Numbered from the stretch's first letter, positions 20,673-30,369 are shown. The stretch is 64,000 bases of DNA from an uncultured Hyphomicrobiales bacterium (GCA_903929045.1 CAIYTE010000147.1:5671-69670); one strand, 5' to 3'. Numbers and translations: made by a program. The notes: generated from the sequence alone by a model not told the origin.

Positions 20673-21272
20673 ATGCTGCTCTTTGTCGGCCTCGGCAATC
20701 CCGGTGATCGCTACGTCAACAATCGCCACAACATCGGTTTCATGGCGGTGCAGGCGATTGCCAGCCGTCACAACATCGCGCCGTGGCGCCGCAAGTTTCA
20801 GGGCGTCGCGGTCGAAGGCATGGTCGGCGCCGATCGCGCGCTGCTGTTGCTGCCGGGCACGTTCATGAACGAGTCCGGACGCGCGGTGGCCGAGGCGGTG
20901 CATTTCTACAAGATCGCGCTCAAGGATGTTGTGGTGCTCCACGACGAACTGGAGCTGCCACCGGGCAAGCTGCGCGTGAAGACCGGTGGCGGCAATGCGG
21001 GGCACAACGGCCTGCGTTCGGTCAGTGAGCATATCGGCAACGACTACAAGCGCGTGCGGCTTGGCATCGGCCATCCCGGCCAGAAGAACCTGGTGCATTC
21101 CTACGTGCTGCAGGATTTTCCGAAGGCCGAGCAGCCGTGGGTGGAGGCGATCTGCGATATCATCGCCGACAATGCCGGGTTGCTCGCGTCAGGCAAAGAT
21201 TCGACGTTTCAGAACAAGGTGCATCTCGCGATGGACGCCAAAGGCTTTGGCGGCGCGGATGAGGAAGAATAA
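20673..21272 (+). CDS. pth: Peptidyl-tRNA hydrolase
   Basis: VGLGNPG, RHNIGF, FMNESG, GHNGLRS, RLGIGHP. Confidence 0.98.
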   Translation: MLLFVGLGNPGDRYVNNRHNIGFMAVQAIASRHNIAPWRRKFQGVAVEGMVGADRALLLLPGTFMNESGRAVAEAVHFYKIALKDVVVLHDELELPPGKLRVKTGGGNAGHNGLRSVSEHIGNDYKRVRLGIGHPGQKNLVHSYVLQDFPKAEQPWVEAICDIIADNAGLLASGKDSTFQNKVHLAMDAKGFGGADEEE

Positions 21273-21281
21273 GGGACGATC

Positions 21282-22388
21282 ATGGGATTCAAATGCGGCA
21301 TCGTCGGTCTGCCCAATGTCGGCAAGTCGACCCTTTTCAACGCGCTGACGCAGACGGCGGCGGCGCAGGCGGCGAATTACCCGTTCTGCACCATCGAGCC
21401 GAATGTCGGCGAAATCGCCGTGCCGGATCCGCGCATGGAAAAGCTGTCGGACATGGCGAAGTCCGAGCAGATCATCCCGACCCGAATCACCTTCGTCGAT
21501 ATCGCCGGCCTGGTGCGCGGCGCGTCGAAAGGTGAAGGTCTCGGCAACAAGTTTCTCGCCACCATCCGCGAAGTCGACGCCATCGTTCACGTCGTGCGCT
21601 GTTTCGAGGACGGCGACATCACGCATGTCGAAGGCAAGATCGATCCGATCGCCGATATCGAGACCATCGAGACCGAACTGATGCTCTCCGATCTCGAAAG
21701 CCTGGAAAAGCGCACCGACGCGCTCGAGAAGAAGGCCAAGGGCAGCGGCGAAGATGCCAAGCTCGCCAAGGAATCGCTCGATCTGATCAACCGCGCGCTG
21801 GTGCTGCTGCGCGAGGGCAAGCCGGCGCGTCTCGTCGAGCGCAAGCCCGACGAAGAGAAGCTGTTTCACTCGCTCGGCCTGCTGACCTCGGCGCCGGTGC
21901 TCTATGCCTGCAACGTTGAGGAAGGCTCGGCCGCCACCGGCAACGACTTCTCCAAGCGGGTCGAAGCGCTGGCGAAGAAAGAAGGCGCGGTCGCCGTGGT
22001 GATTTCCGCCAAGATCGAGTCGGAAATCGCGGCGCTGCCGGAAGCGGAACGCGCGGATTATCTCGAGGCAGTGGGCCTCAAGGAGACCGGGCTGGATCGC
22101 CTGGTCCGTGCCGGCTATGGCCTGCTGCACCTCGTCACCTATTTCACCGTCGGCCCGAAGGAGACGCGGGCCTGGACCATTACGCAAGGCACCAAGGCGC
22201 CTGCGGCCGCCGGCGTCATTCACACCGATTTCGAGCAGGGCTTCATCCGCGCCGAAACCATCGGTTACGACGACTACGTCCGGACGGGTGGTGAAGTCGG
22301 CGCCAAGGAAGCCGGCAAAATGCGGCTCGAAGGCAAGGAATACGTGGTGGCCGACGGCGACATCATGCATTTCCGCTTTGCCAACTAA
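21282..22388 (+). CDS. ychF: Ribosome-binding ATPase YchF
   Basis: [32 protein letters not shown] domain. Confidence 0.98.
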   Translation: MGFKCGIVGLPNVGKSTLFNALTQTAAAQAANYPFCTIEPNVGEIAVPDPRMEKLSDMAKSEQIIPTRITFVDIAGLVRGASKGEGLGNKFLATIREVDAIVHVVRCFEDGDITHVEGKIDPIADIETIETELMLSDLESLEKRTDALEKKAKGSGEDAKLAKESLDLINRALVLLREGKPARLVERKPDEEKLFHSLGLLTSAPVLYACNVEEGSAATGNDFSKRVEALAKKEGAVAVVISAKIESEIAALPEAERADYLEAVGLKETGLDRLVRAGYGLLHLVTYFTVGPKETRAWTITQGTKAPAAAGVIHTDFEQGFIRAETIGYDDYVRTGGEVGAKEAGKMRLEGKEYVVADGDIMHFRFAN

Positions 22389-22468
22389 CCGAGGCGATTG
22401 AACCCGCCGGCGGTTCCGCGCGACTATTCCTGTGAGGCGCCCGTGATGGATGCGCTACAGGAGTTGCC

Positions 22469-23044
22469 ATGCCGATATTCACGCTCGTCCGGGCTGCTTT
22501 TGGCTTCGTGATCGCTGGTCTGGTTGCTGCGGCTGCGATTCCCGCCCATGCCGAAATCGAAAAGTTCATGCGGCAGTGCGACGGCAAGCTGTGCCCGTTC
22601 TTCCGCGCCTCCGTCACTGTTCCGGATGGCTGGGAAGAGGACGCCGAAGCGACCCGCGAACTCGGCGTGCAGATGCTGCTGCCGAAAGGGCAGGACTTCG
22701 AAAAGGCGCCCGCCAAAATCTACGTGCTGGTGCGCTACAACAAGACCAAACAGCCGGCCTCGGTCATCGCCCGCGATACCTATGCCGACTGGAAGACTCG
22801 CGCCAAGACCGCAAAAATCACGAAGCTTGATGACGTTCCGCGCGCCGACGGCAAGCCTGCCTTCGAGCGTCACACCTTCGAAGCACCGAAGCTCAAGGAA
22901 CAGGGTTTCGAAAGCACGGCGCTGGTTGCCGATGGCGACAAGGATGGAAACGCATTCGTGGTCGTGATCTGCCTTTCCGCGAACTCCAGAGAGGCCTACA
23001 AATCGGCGGAAGCCGCCTATCTGTCGATCCTCAAAGCGTACTAA
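22469..23044 (+). CDS. Hypothetical exported protein
   Basis: Signal peptide ending AHA; GGAG SD; host-like codon usage. Confidence 0.75.
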   Translation: MPIFTLVRAAFGFVIAGLVAAAAIPAHAEIEKFMRQCDGKLCPFFRASVTVPDGWEEDAEATRELGVQMLLPKGQDFEKAPAKIYVLVRYNKTKQPASVIARDTYADWKTRAKTAKITKLDDVPRADGKPAFERHTFEAPKLKEQGFESTALVADGDKDGNAFVVVICLSANSREAYKSAEAAYLSILKAY

Positions 23045-23055
23045 TCTCCGCCGGC

Positions 23056-23511
23056 ATGACGAAACTGCACTGGGAAGATTTCGAGACGGGCGCGGTCACC
23101 CTCTATGGGCCGCGGCTGGTGACGCGCGAGGAAATCGTCGCCTTCGCCGCCGAGTTCGATCCCCAGCCGATGCATCTCGACGAGGCGGCGGCGAGCGGAA
23201 CCATCCTGGGCGGCCTCGGCGCATCGGGCTGGCAATCGTGCTGCCTGATGATGCGCATGATCTGCGATAGCTTCCTCCTCAATTCCACCTCGATGGGATC
23301 GCCCGGCGTCGAGGAAGTGCGCTGGCTGAAGCCGTTGCGGCCGGGCACCAATATTCGTCTGAGAGCCACGGTCGCCGATAAGCGCGAGTCCAAGAGCAAG
23401 CCGGATATGGGGTTGGTGAAGTTCTTCTTCGAACTGATCGACGATGCCGGAACGCCGCTGACGACCCAGACGATCACCTTGATGTTAGGCCGGCGGGAGC
23501 CACGGCCATGA
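23056..23511 (+). CDS. MaoC-family dehydratase
   Basis: FAAEFDPQPMHLD, ASGW, VRWLKP. Confidence 0.9.
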   Translation: MTKLHWEDFETGAVTLYGPRLVTREEIVAFAAEFDPQPMHLDEAAASGTILGGLGASGWQSCCLMMRMICDSFLLNSTSMGSPGVEEVRWLKPLRPGTNIRLRATVADKRESKSKPDMGLVKFFFELIDDAGTPLTTQTITLMLGRREPRP

Positions 23512-23987
23512 AATTCTTCGAGGACATCAAGCTCGGTGACGTGGTCACCAATGGCCGGCACACTTTCGCGGCCGATGAGATCAAGGCCTTCGCACACCGC
23601 TTTGATCCGCAACGGTTTCATGTCGACGAAGCGGAGGCGGAGAAGTCGCATTTCGGCGCGTTGTGCGCTTCGGGCTGGCACACCGCGGCGGTGTGGATGC
23701 GGCTGATGGTCGATCAGCGCCGCGATGAGGCGGAAGCGGCCTTGGCGCGCGGTGAGAAGGTGCCGGCCCTGGGTCCGGCGCTCGGCCTGCGCGATCTCAA
23801 ATGGCTCAAGCCGGTGTATGTCGGCGATACGATCGATTATAAAAGCGAAGTGATCGAACTGCGGACGTCGGGCAGCCGGCCCAACCGCGGGCTGATGACC
23901 ATCCTGTCGAGCGGCGTCAATCAAAAAGGCGAGACCGTGATCTCGTTCATCAGCACCACCTTCGTCGAGCGACGTGAGACGTCATGA
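23508..23987 (+). CDS. MaoC-family dehydratase
   Basis: FDPQRFHVD, CASGWHT, LKWLKPVYVGD. Confidence 0.9.
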   Translation: MKFFEDIKLGDVVTNGRHTFAADEIKAFAHRFDPQRFHVDEAEAEKSHFGALCASGWHTAAVWMRLMVDQRRDEAEAALARGEKVPALGPALGLRDLKWLKPVYVGDTIDYKSEVIELRTSGSRPNRGLMTILSSGVNQKGETVISFISTTFVERRETS

Positions 23988-25183
23988 CCGCTGCTGCCGA
24001 AATCACGACGCCGACCAAGAGCGACGAACACCGCGCTGCCGGTGTCGCCTTCGGCGCGCATGCTTTGCACGACGGCTATACCGATCTCGTCTATGTGCTG
24101 TTGCCGATTTTGCAGGCCGAATTCGGGCTCGGTTTTGCCGCGCTCGGCCTGATGAAGACCGTGTTTTCCGGCACCTTGGCGGCATTCCAAATTCCCTCGG
24201 GCTTTCTCGCCGAGCGCTACGGCGCGCCGCTGGTGCTGGCGCTCGGCACCGCGCTTGCCGGTCTCGGCTATTGCCTCGCTGGACTGAGCAACGGCGTCAT
24301 GCTGCTGGTCGCGGCTCTGTTCGTCAGCGGCCTCGGCGCCAGCACGCAGCACCCGTTGGCGTCGCATCTGATCACGCAGGCCTTTTCGGGCGCGCGGTCG
24401 CGCGCCGCGCTGGGCACCTACAATTTCGCCGGTGACATCGGCAAGATGACGGTGCCGGCCGCCGGCTCGTTGCTGTTTCTCATTCTGCCGTGGCGCGAGG
24501 CGGTGGCCTTGCTGGGCGGGATCGGTGTCATCGCCGGGATTGTTATTTATCTGATCATGCCGCGGTTTCGCGACGATGCGGGCGCGCCGAAGAAAGAAAG
24601 CGTGACCCGCAGCGGCGGCAAGGTGCCCAGTTATAGCTTTCCGCTGTTGCTCTCGGTCGGCGTCATCGACAGCGCGACCCGCATGGCCTTCCTGACGTTT
24701 CTGCCCTTCGTGCTGACGGCGAAGGGCGCCAGCCTGCCGACCATCGGTTTTGCGCTCACGCTGGTCTTCGCCGGCGGCGCGGCGGGCAAGCTCGTCTGCG
24801 CCTGGATCGGCGTGCGTATCGGCACCGTTGCCACGGTCTGGCTGACGGAAGCGGTGACGGCCGTCGGCATCATCGCGACGCTGCCGCTGTCGCTCAAGGC
24901 GACCATGATCCTGCTGCCGGTCGTCGGCATCGCGCTCAACGGCACGTCGTCGGTGCTCTATGGCTCGGTGCCGGATCTGGTCGAGCCGGCGAAGCGCCAG
25001 CGCGCCTTCGGCATTTTCTACACCGGCACCATCGGCGCGGGCGCGGTGTCGCCGGCGATCTACGGCTTGCTCGGCGATGCGGCCGGCGTCACGACGACAA
25101 TCGTTGTGATTGCGCTCGTCGCGCTGCTGACGCTGCCGATCACCTTGGTGCTGCGTCCGGCGTTGCCGGCGACGACCGGCTAG
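23984..25183 (+). CDS. MFS transporter (Fsr-like)
   Basis: ~12 TM; HALHDGY, GFLAERYG, TQHP. Confidence 0.88.
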   Translation: MTAAAEITTPTKSDEHRAAGVAFGAHALHDGYTDLVYVLLPILQAEFGLGFAALGLMKTVFSGTLAAFQIPSGFLAERYGAPLVLALGTALAGLGYCLAGLSNGVMLLVAALFVSGLGASTQHPLASHLITQAFSGARSRAALGTYNFAGDIGKMTVPAAGSLLFLILPWREAVALLGGIGVIAGIVIYLIMPRFRDDAGAPKKESVTRSGGKVPSYSFPLLLSVGVIDSATRMAFLTFLPFVLTAKGASLPTIGFALTLVFAGGAAGKLVCAWIGVRIGTVATVWLTEAVTAVGIIATLPLSLKATMILLPVVGIALNGTSSVLYGSVPDLVEPAKRQRAFGIFYTGTIGAGAVSPAIYGLLGDAAGVTTTIVVIALVALLTLPITLVLRPALPATTG

Positions 25184-25566
25184 GGCGTCCTGACCTTCAC
25201 CTGCGTCACGACCGCCGACGGCAGGACGTCCAGATAAGGCCCTAGCAAAAACGCCTGGCCCGAGCCCTTGCCGTACATGCTGTCATAGGCGCCGATCATT
25301 GCGCGCACCGGCCGGGCACAGGCCTTCATCGAATCCACGATCAGATCGTTGACCTGATCCGGCCGTAGCGCCTCACTGAAACGTGGATCCTTCTCGACCG
25401 TCCGGATGATGCAATCGGTCGCCCGGCGCACCAGCGGCAACAGCGCCTTATCCTTCTGTCCAGCCGACATATGTAGCCAGGACGCGGGGCTTGGAGCAGG
25501 GAGGACTTCGGTATCAAGCGAGACATTCAACACAAGCGACACACCAAATATCGCTTCGAGAATCAT
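25180..25566 (-). CDS. Hypothetical protein
   Basis: 128-aa ORF with ATDCI...C...MI.AYD.MYG.GSG..F..GPYLD.LP pattern. Confidence 0.7.
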   Translation of the reverse strand: MILEAIFGVSLVLNVSLDTEVLPAPSPASWLHMSAGQKDKALLPLVRRATDCIIRTVEKDPRFSEALRPDQVNDLIVDSMKACARPVRAMIGAYDSMYGKGSGQAFLLGPYLDVLPSAVVTQVKVRTP

Positions 25567-25864
25567 GGAGGCGGGCCTCGCGAATCAGAGTCACCTCGTT
25601 GGTATCAAGCGCGGAGTCGCGCCGCACCTGAAACTTGACGCATGCGCCGCATCGCCAATCGTTAACGACGGTGCGCGGCATTACGCCGGTACGTCGCTCC
25701 GGAAACGACATCGCGAAGCGCGGGGATGCGCGCTTGCTCATCGTTATGTCCTCGCGTGTCTCGTTTACCCTGCGCCGGCGGGCCAGACATGCGAATGTCC
25801 CGGACGCTGGATTTCCCGGGCTCAAAGGGCCATAATGGGCCTCCAGGAACTCCGAGTGTTGTCG

Positions 25865-26128
25865 ATGATCAACTACCGCGCCCCCTCCGAATTATTTCCC
25901 AGCCGCAGCCGTAAGTCGCGCCGTCCCATCGGGTACAAGCGCTTTCCGACCGCGGCGGAAGCCATTCGGTTTGCCATCGAGGAACTGCCCCCGGAATTGC
26001 TGCTCGGCGCGTATCTGGAAGTCGAAGAGAAACGGTTTGACGGCAACGGCATCCGCCAGCTTTACGACAGCGCGGACTATCCGCTGCCCCGCAAGACCGT
26101 AAAAGCGGCCAAGGTCGCTGCCAACTAA
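25865..26128 (+). CDS. Small conserved hypothetical protein
   Basis: [10 protein letters not shown]...[18 protein letters not shown]...YLEVEEKRF...LY.S..YPL; TGGATT-17-CATAAT promoter upstream; the ORF-track 5' extension is not credible. Confidence 0.8.
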   Translation: MINYRAPSELFPSRSRKSRRPIGYKRFPTAAEAIRFAIEELPPELLLGAYLEVEEKRFDGNGIRQLYDSADYPLPRKTVKAAKVAAN

Positions 26129-26182
26129 GTAATCACAACTCCTGATCGAATTGCGCGCGCTCGCCATCCAGCCGTTGCGGCT

Positions 26183-26207
26183 GGAACCGATGGGCCATTG
26201 ACGCGTT
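26183..26207 (+). promoter_or_regulatory. EcfG (sigmaT)-type general stress promoter
   Basis: GGAAC-N16-CGTT, exact consensus. Confidence 0.7.
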
Positions 26208-26245
26208 CATTCGCTCACTGACGCAATGCACATACCGGAGCCGAT

Positions 26246-26404
26246 ATGGCCGATATACGATCCCTGAACTTCATCGGCCTGATGCTCGGCGCCGCCACTA
26301 TGATGGTGATGATGGTGGGCGCTTTTGTCGTGACCGACCATGTCACCGGCCGCATGCATCTCGACGAGATGCCGACCATCGGCGCGCCCGCCGTCACGCG
26401 ATAA
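26246..26404 (+). CDS. 52-aa single-TM small protein (not in ORF track)
   Basis: GGAG SD; MADIRSLNFIGLMLGAATMMVMMVGAFVVTDHVTGRMHLDEMPTIGAPAVTR; followed by a hairpin terminator. Confidence 0.75.
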   Translation: MADIRSLNFIGLMLGAATMMVMMVGAFVVTDHVTGRMHLDEMPTIGAPAVTR

Positions 26405-26424
26405 TCCGCAACCGCCGCCTGCCG

Positions 26425-26510
26425 AAAAAAGACCCCGCCGAACAGGCGGGGTTTAAGTATGTGGGAGGAGTTCGCCCGGAAGCCGGACTAGCGTGCTTCC
26501 GGACGAATCG
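26425..26510 (-). ncRNA. Candidate trans-acting sRNA with an exposed anti-SD motif
   Basis: 13-bp 5' stem (26471-26507), single-stranded CUCCUCCCACAUACUUAA, terminator ACCCCGCC-uguuc-GGCGGGGU-CUUUUUU. Confidence 0.65.
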
Positions 26511-26595
26511 AAATTTAAAGCCGGCCGCGTGAGTCGCGGAGGTTTCCGGTTACAAGTGCCGGGCGATTTCCGATGCAGGCTTTGCAGAGGGACGG

Positions 26596-26628
26596 CCGCC
26601 ACCGCTGGTAAGCGATGGCGGTTTTTTT
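26596..26628 (+). terminator. Intrinsic terminator on + strand with no + CDS directly upstream
   Basis: CCGCCAcCGCT-ggta-AGCGaTGGCGG followed by T7. Confidence 0.65.
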
Positions 26629-26629
26629 G

Positions 26630-27109
26630 TTAGCCGGTCGTGCGGCTGTTGCTTGGCGGCTTGGTCGGTGCGCTCGGCACGCTCTTCCACTGCTCGAGAC
26701 TGTCGGCGATCACTTTCATCGCCGTCATCGAGGCGTGGCTCAGGCTGGCGTAACCGGCGATTTCGCGGCCGACGCGTTCGCCCTCGCTGCGCAGCATGTC
26801 GCGGATGCCTTGCAGTTCAAGAATGACGCGCTCGATCTCCTCGAGCGACGCACCCGAGACGCGGCGGATCAGCGAGTTGAGATTCTCCGTCACGGGATCC
26901 GCAGCTTCACCGTTCTCGCGCGGACGGCGCAGGAAGGAAACATCGCGCCGGACGAATTCGCGGATCTCGCCTTCGAAGGCGTTGGCCGCGGCCTGATCGA
27001 TGTCGCTCAGCTTCTCCGGTGGGCGCCGATCCGGAGGCGCGAATTTTTCCGGTCCGCTTTTTTCGGCACTCGGTTTATCCGCACCAAGCCGTTCTCTGAT
27101 CGCCGTCAT
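26630..27109 (-). CDS. Hypothetical coiled-coil protein
   Basis: GGAG SD; SLIRRVSGASLEEIERVILELQ...LRSEGERV.REIAGYA. Confidence 0.75.
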   Translation of the reverse strand: MTAIRERLGADKPSAEKSGPEKFAPPDRRPPEKLSDIDQAAANAFEGEIREFVRRDVSFLRRPRENGEAADPVTENLNSLIRRVSGASLEEIERVILELQGIRDMLRSEGERVGREIAGYASLSHASMTAMKVIADSLEQWKSVPSAPTKPPSNSRTTG

Positions 27110-27262
27110 GCGTGAACTCCTACTCTCGCGCAAAATGCGTTGCGCCGCCGCACCCCGTCCCCGCAACGATTGCCGCATGCGGATAAGGCGATACTGGGGC
27201 AGGGTGAAGAGAGATGAGGATGATGGATTCGGGCGGAATCCGCGCGCAGGCTTAAGAAGCCG

Positions 27263-28264
27263 CTACCAATTCAGCTTGAATCGCGCGGTGATGCTCTTGC
27301 TGGCGCTGGTCTGGCCGACATCGGTGACCGCCGTGGTCACATTCAGCGGGCCGTAGATCTTTTGTTCCGCGATCAGCTGATTATGCGTCACCGGATCGGT
27401 GCTGCTGTTGGCGACCTTGGCACCGAAGCTGGTGCCGGTCGGCAGATAATCGAACTTCGCGGCCTTCTCGCTGCCCCACACTTGCGGCGTGGCGAGGCCG
27501 GAGGGCACGGGGACCGCCATCATCGGCACATCCGATGGCGCGGTGGCGCTCGAGGCGCTGAACGTCTCCGTCACCGAATACGTGTTCTGCAGCGTCACCG
27601 ACATCGTGCTGCCGACCGGCTTGGTATATTTGAACGTGGTGCCGACGCGGCCCTGATCGTTGCTCGGATCGACACGCGCATCGACGGTCGCGAGATTGGG
27701 CACCAGGCCGACCGAAGCCCAGGCCGCGCCCGAGCCGCGCTGATCGCGCGAGCCCGCCGACCACGGATCAGGGGCATTGGTGATCGACGGCGCATTGCGC
27801 AGGCCAAGATCGGTGCCGACTGTGGCGTCCCAGTCGATCGGCAAAGGCTGCTTGAGCGTCAGGCTCGATGAGCCGTCCGCTTTGTCGGTGCGGCTCATGT
27901 CGAATTTCTTGGTTTGCTTGAGCGCCGGCGTGCGCAATGTCTTTGTCGGTCCATCGGGCGAGACGGCCAGTGCGTTGCTCAACATCGTGCGCAGCGCGTC
28001 CTGTTCTTCCGGCGTCAGCTCGGCGTCCGCGCTTTCCTGAGCACCGGTGAGCGGTTCGGACGGCGGCGAAGCGACGGCATAATCGGTATTCGGCGTGATC
28101 GCCTGCCAAGGGTTAAACAGCGCGTTGTCCTGTGCCCGCGCGGTGTCGGACGCGAAGCCCAGCGCAAGAACCATCAATCCATGAATGTGGATCGGACCGC
28201 AGCGCATCGTCTGGAAAATCCCCCGTCTCAGTACGACGCAATGTATTTCAGGGAACTGGGGCAA
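27263..28264 (-). CDS. Hypothetical exported, probably outer-membrane protein (start uncertain)
   Basis: Signal-like segment ending ARA, Ser/Thr-rich beta-strand-like C-half, terminal RFKLNW. Confidence 0.7.
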   Translation of the reverse strand: MPQFPEIHCVVLRRGIFQTMRCGPIHIHGLMVLALGFASDTARAQDNALFNPWQAITPNTDYAVASPPSEPLTGAQESADAELTPEEQDALRTMLSNALAVSPDGPTKTLRTPALKQTKKFDMSRTDKADGSSSLTLKQPLPIDWDATVGTDLGLRNAPSITNAPDPWSAGSRDQRGSGAAWASVGLVPNLATVDARVDPSNDQGRVGTTFKYTKPVGSTMSVTLQNTYSVTETFSASSATAPSDVPMMAVPVPSGLATPQVWGSEKAAKFDYLPTGTSFGAKVANSSTDPVTHNQLIAEQKIYGPLNVTTAVTDVGQTSASKSITARFKLNW

Positions 28265-28559
28265 AGGTGTGGAAATGCCGGTGCGACCTTCGGCGGGGGC
28301 GGCCCGGGCAGTCTGCCTCTTAACGCGCCACCAAAAGCGCGATCAAAATCGCGCCCGGGACAATAAGCCCAACAAAAACCAGCGAACTGAGAACAAAGCG
28401 TCTCACCATGGTACAACCCTCCAACAGCCACCTGTTGGTCGGCCGGCCGGGGGGAATGGTTCAAGGCTGTGGCGAAATGTGGGCGGCCGCAGCCGAATTC
28501 ATGAAACCGGAACTCCTGCCGCGCGTTGGGCCAGGGACTGTAACAAGAGGGGAACACCC

Positions 28560-28925
28560 ATGCCGGGACTGTCGCGCATCCTGCTGGTGAGTTCGGTGCT
28601 GCTGATGAGCTCCAATGCGATGGCCTGGGCTGACGACGCCCTGCCGTCCTTCGACGTGTCGCCAAGCTGCCGCGCCGCGACCAACGCGTCGGCCATGGCC
28701 AATCGCGACGAGACGGCCTGCAAGAAAGACGAGGACAACGCCCGCGCCAAGCTCCAGCAGGACTGGGCGCAATATTCAGAGCCGCAGAAAAATCACTGCG
28801 TGCGGCTGTCGACGCTCGGCGGGCCGGCGAGCTATGTCGAACTGATCACCTGTCTGGAGCTGAGCAAGGCGGCGCATGATTTGCCCCGCGACATGCTCGA
28901 CTCCAAGACCGTGGGAAGCCGCTAG
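28560..28925 (+). CDS. Hypothetical exported Cys-containing protein
   Basis: GAGGGG SD; signal peptide; P.FDV..SC...C..DE..A...L...W...C...SYVEL.TCLE. Confidence 0.78.
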   Translation: MPGLSRILLVSSVLLMSSNAMAWADDALPSFDVSPSCRAATNASAMANRDETACKKDEDNARAKLQQDWAQYSEPQKNHCVRLSTLGGPASYVELITCLELSKAAHDLPRDMLDSKTVGSR

Positions 28926-28956
28926 CGACCGCTAACGGCGCCAGATTACTTCTTGA

Positions 28957-29076
28957 TTACTTCTTGCCGCCGGGGGCCATCTGTGAGGCCTTGTAGGCCG
29001 ACACCTGCTTCGGCTTGTCCTTGTCGGCCTTCGGTTTCTTCTTTTCCTTGACCGCGCGGGTCTGACCCTTCGCCAT
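28957..29076 (-). CDS. 39-aa Lys-rich small protein (not in ORF track)
   Basis: AGGAG SD; MAKGQTRAVKEKKKPKADKDKPKQVSAYKASQMAPGGKK; strongly GC3-biased codons. Confidence 0.75.
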   Translation of the reverse strand: MAKGQTRAVKEKKKPKADKDKPKQVSAYKASQMAPGGKK

Positions 29077-29191
29077 GGCTTTGCTCCTGGTGGAATTTGG
29101 ATTCGGACAACGTGCGGATGCTGATACGGCGCAGGCCGCGAGGCAAGTCCCCTGTTTACGGGACTAACGGTCGCAGCGCCGCATAACCATC

Positions 29192-29348
29192 CGGTCGTCC
29201 CCGTGACAGCGGGAACCCAGCGTTACAAGTCTGAGTGTTGGACGGGATTGTGGATTCCCGCTTTCCGCCTTCGCGCTAGGCGCTTCGGCGGACTCCCAGC
29301 GCGCCGTAGCTCGCGCAGCGAGCGTAGGTGGGTCGCGGGAATGAGCCG
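29192..29348. repeat. Palindromic REP-like element (TCCCGC..GCGGGA family) with nested insert 29265-29332
   Basis: GTCCCCGTGACAGCGGGAACCCAG ... TGGATTCCCGCTTT[insert]TCGCGGGAATGAG. Confidence 0.8.
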
Positions 29349-29364
29349 AGAATGGCTTTGGCGC

Positions 29365-29664
29365 TCAGCCTTTGGGCGCGGCCGCGGCCGACTTCAGCTT
29401 GTCGGCGATGCACTTATCGACGGCGTCGGCGCGCTTGTCGAGATTGGTGCGGAGCGGGCCCTTTTCGGTCGCCATCCAGCATTCGGACGCCGCCTGCGAG
29501 CGCGTCATCGGCGGCTCCGCGGGCTTTTCCGGCTCGGCCGGTTTGCCCGATGACATCGACGCCACCGGGCCCGGGGTGCTGCCATCGGTCTCGCAGCCGG
29601 CGAGCACGCCCGCCATCGCGGCAAGCACCATCACTGTCAAAAATTTACGCGAAATTTCTGTCAT
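29365..29664 (-). CDS. Hypothetical lipoprotein
   Basis: Lipobox LAGC; Pro-rich linker; CWM..EK...LDKRA..VDKCI. Confidence 0.8.
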   Translation of the reverse strand: MTEISRKFLTVMVLAAMAGVLAGCETDGSTPGPVASMSSGKPAEPEKPAEPPMTRSQAASECWMATEKGPLRTNLDKRADAVDKCIADKLKSAAAAPKG

Positions 29665-29819
29665 CGGACATCCCTGGCGCGGCACATCAGGCGCGATGTG
29701 CGGAGCGCCCTCTCTGTATCGGGTGTCGCCGCGCCGCGCCAATGACTTTTATGCGAGAGCCACCCGGCGCGATGGCATGACCAATGACATGACCACTTAC
29801 ATGCCGGATGATCTGCGGG

Positions 29820-30116
29820 TCAGTGAACGGCGACGCGTGCCGCGCCGCGGCCTTTGGCGCGGATCGGACGCATCTTGCTGCCGGCGCTGCCGCCCGCTTT
29901 GCCGCGCATCTTTGTCGCCGTCGCCTTCAGTGCGGCAACCAGCGCCTTTTCGGTGCTGGTCTCGGTCGCGATGAGGACGCTGAGATCGTCGCTGCGATAG
30001 GCCGTCACGTCATAGGCGCGGCAATGCGGGCAATCGGCTTCCGCCACTTCGCTGCCTTCGGCGATCCAGTGGCCGTCGCAGGCGATGCAGACATAGTGAT
30101 TGCGGAACCAGGCCAT
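29820..30116 (-). CDS. Small zinc-ribbon protein
   Basis: WFRNHYVCIAC...W...DCPHC; GGAG SD. Confidence 0.75.
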   Translation of the reverse strand: MAWFRNHYVCIACDGHWIAEGSEVAEADCPHCRAYDVTAYRSDDLSVLIATETSTEKALVAALKATATKMRGKAGGSAGSKMRPIRAKGRGAARVAVH

Positions 30117-30243
30117 GGGACTCTCCGGTGCCGCTTACGGCGGCGAATCAAGAAAACGAATCAGTTCGAAATGGGACCGCAATTTTGCGGCAGGGGGAAG
30201 GCTCGGGTGTTGATGGGGAACCTGCAGATGACACGGCCAATAA

Positions 30244-30369
30244 CCCTCATCCTGAGGAGCCGAGCACGGCGAGGCGTCTGGAAGGATGAAGGCCCCCGAA
30301 CTATCGGGGCTCTCATCCTTCGAGACGCCCACCTTCGCCAAGGCGTCGGTGGGCCCCTCAGGATGAGGG
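30244..30369. repeat. Palindromic REP-like element (CATCCTGAGG family) with a small nested hairpin at 30327-30354
   Basis: CCCTCATCCTGAGG ... CCTCAGGATGAGGG termini; same family as 61779-61872. Confidence 0.85.

Noticed and set aside
28509..28527. EcfG promoter upstream of the 28560 gene
   Set aside because: GGAAC to CGTT spacing is 10 bp, not 16-17.
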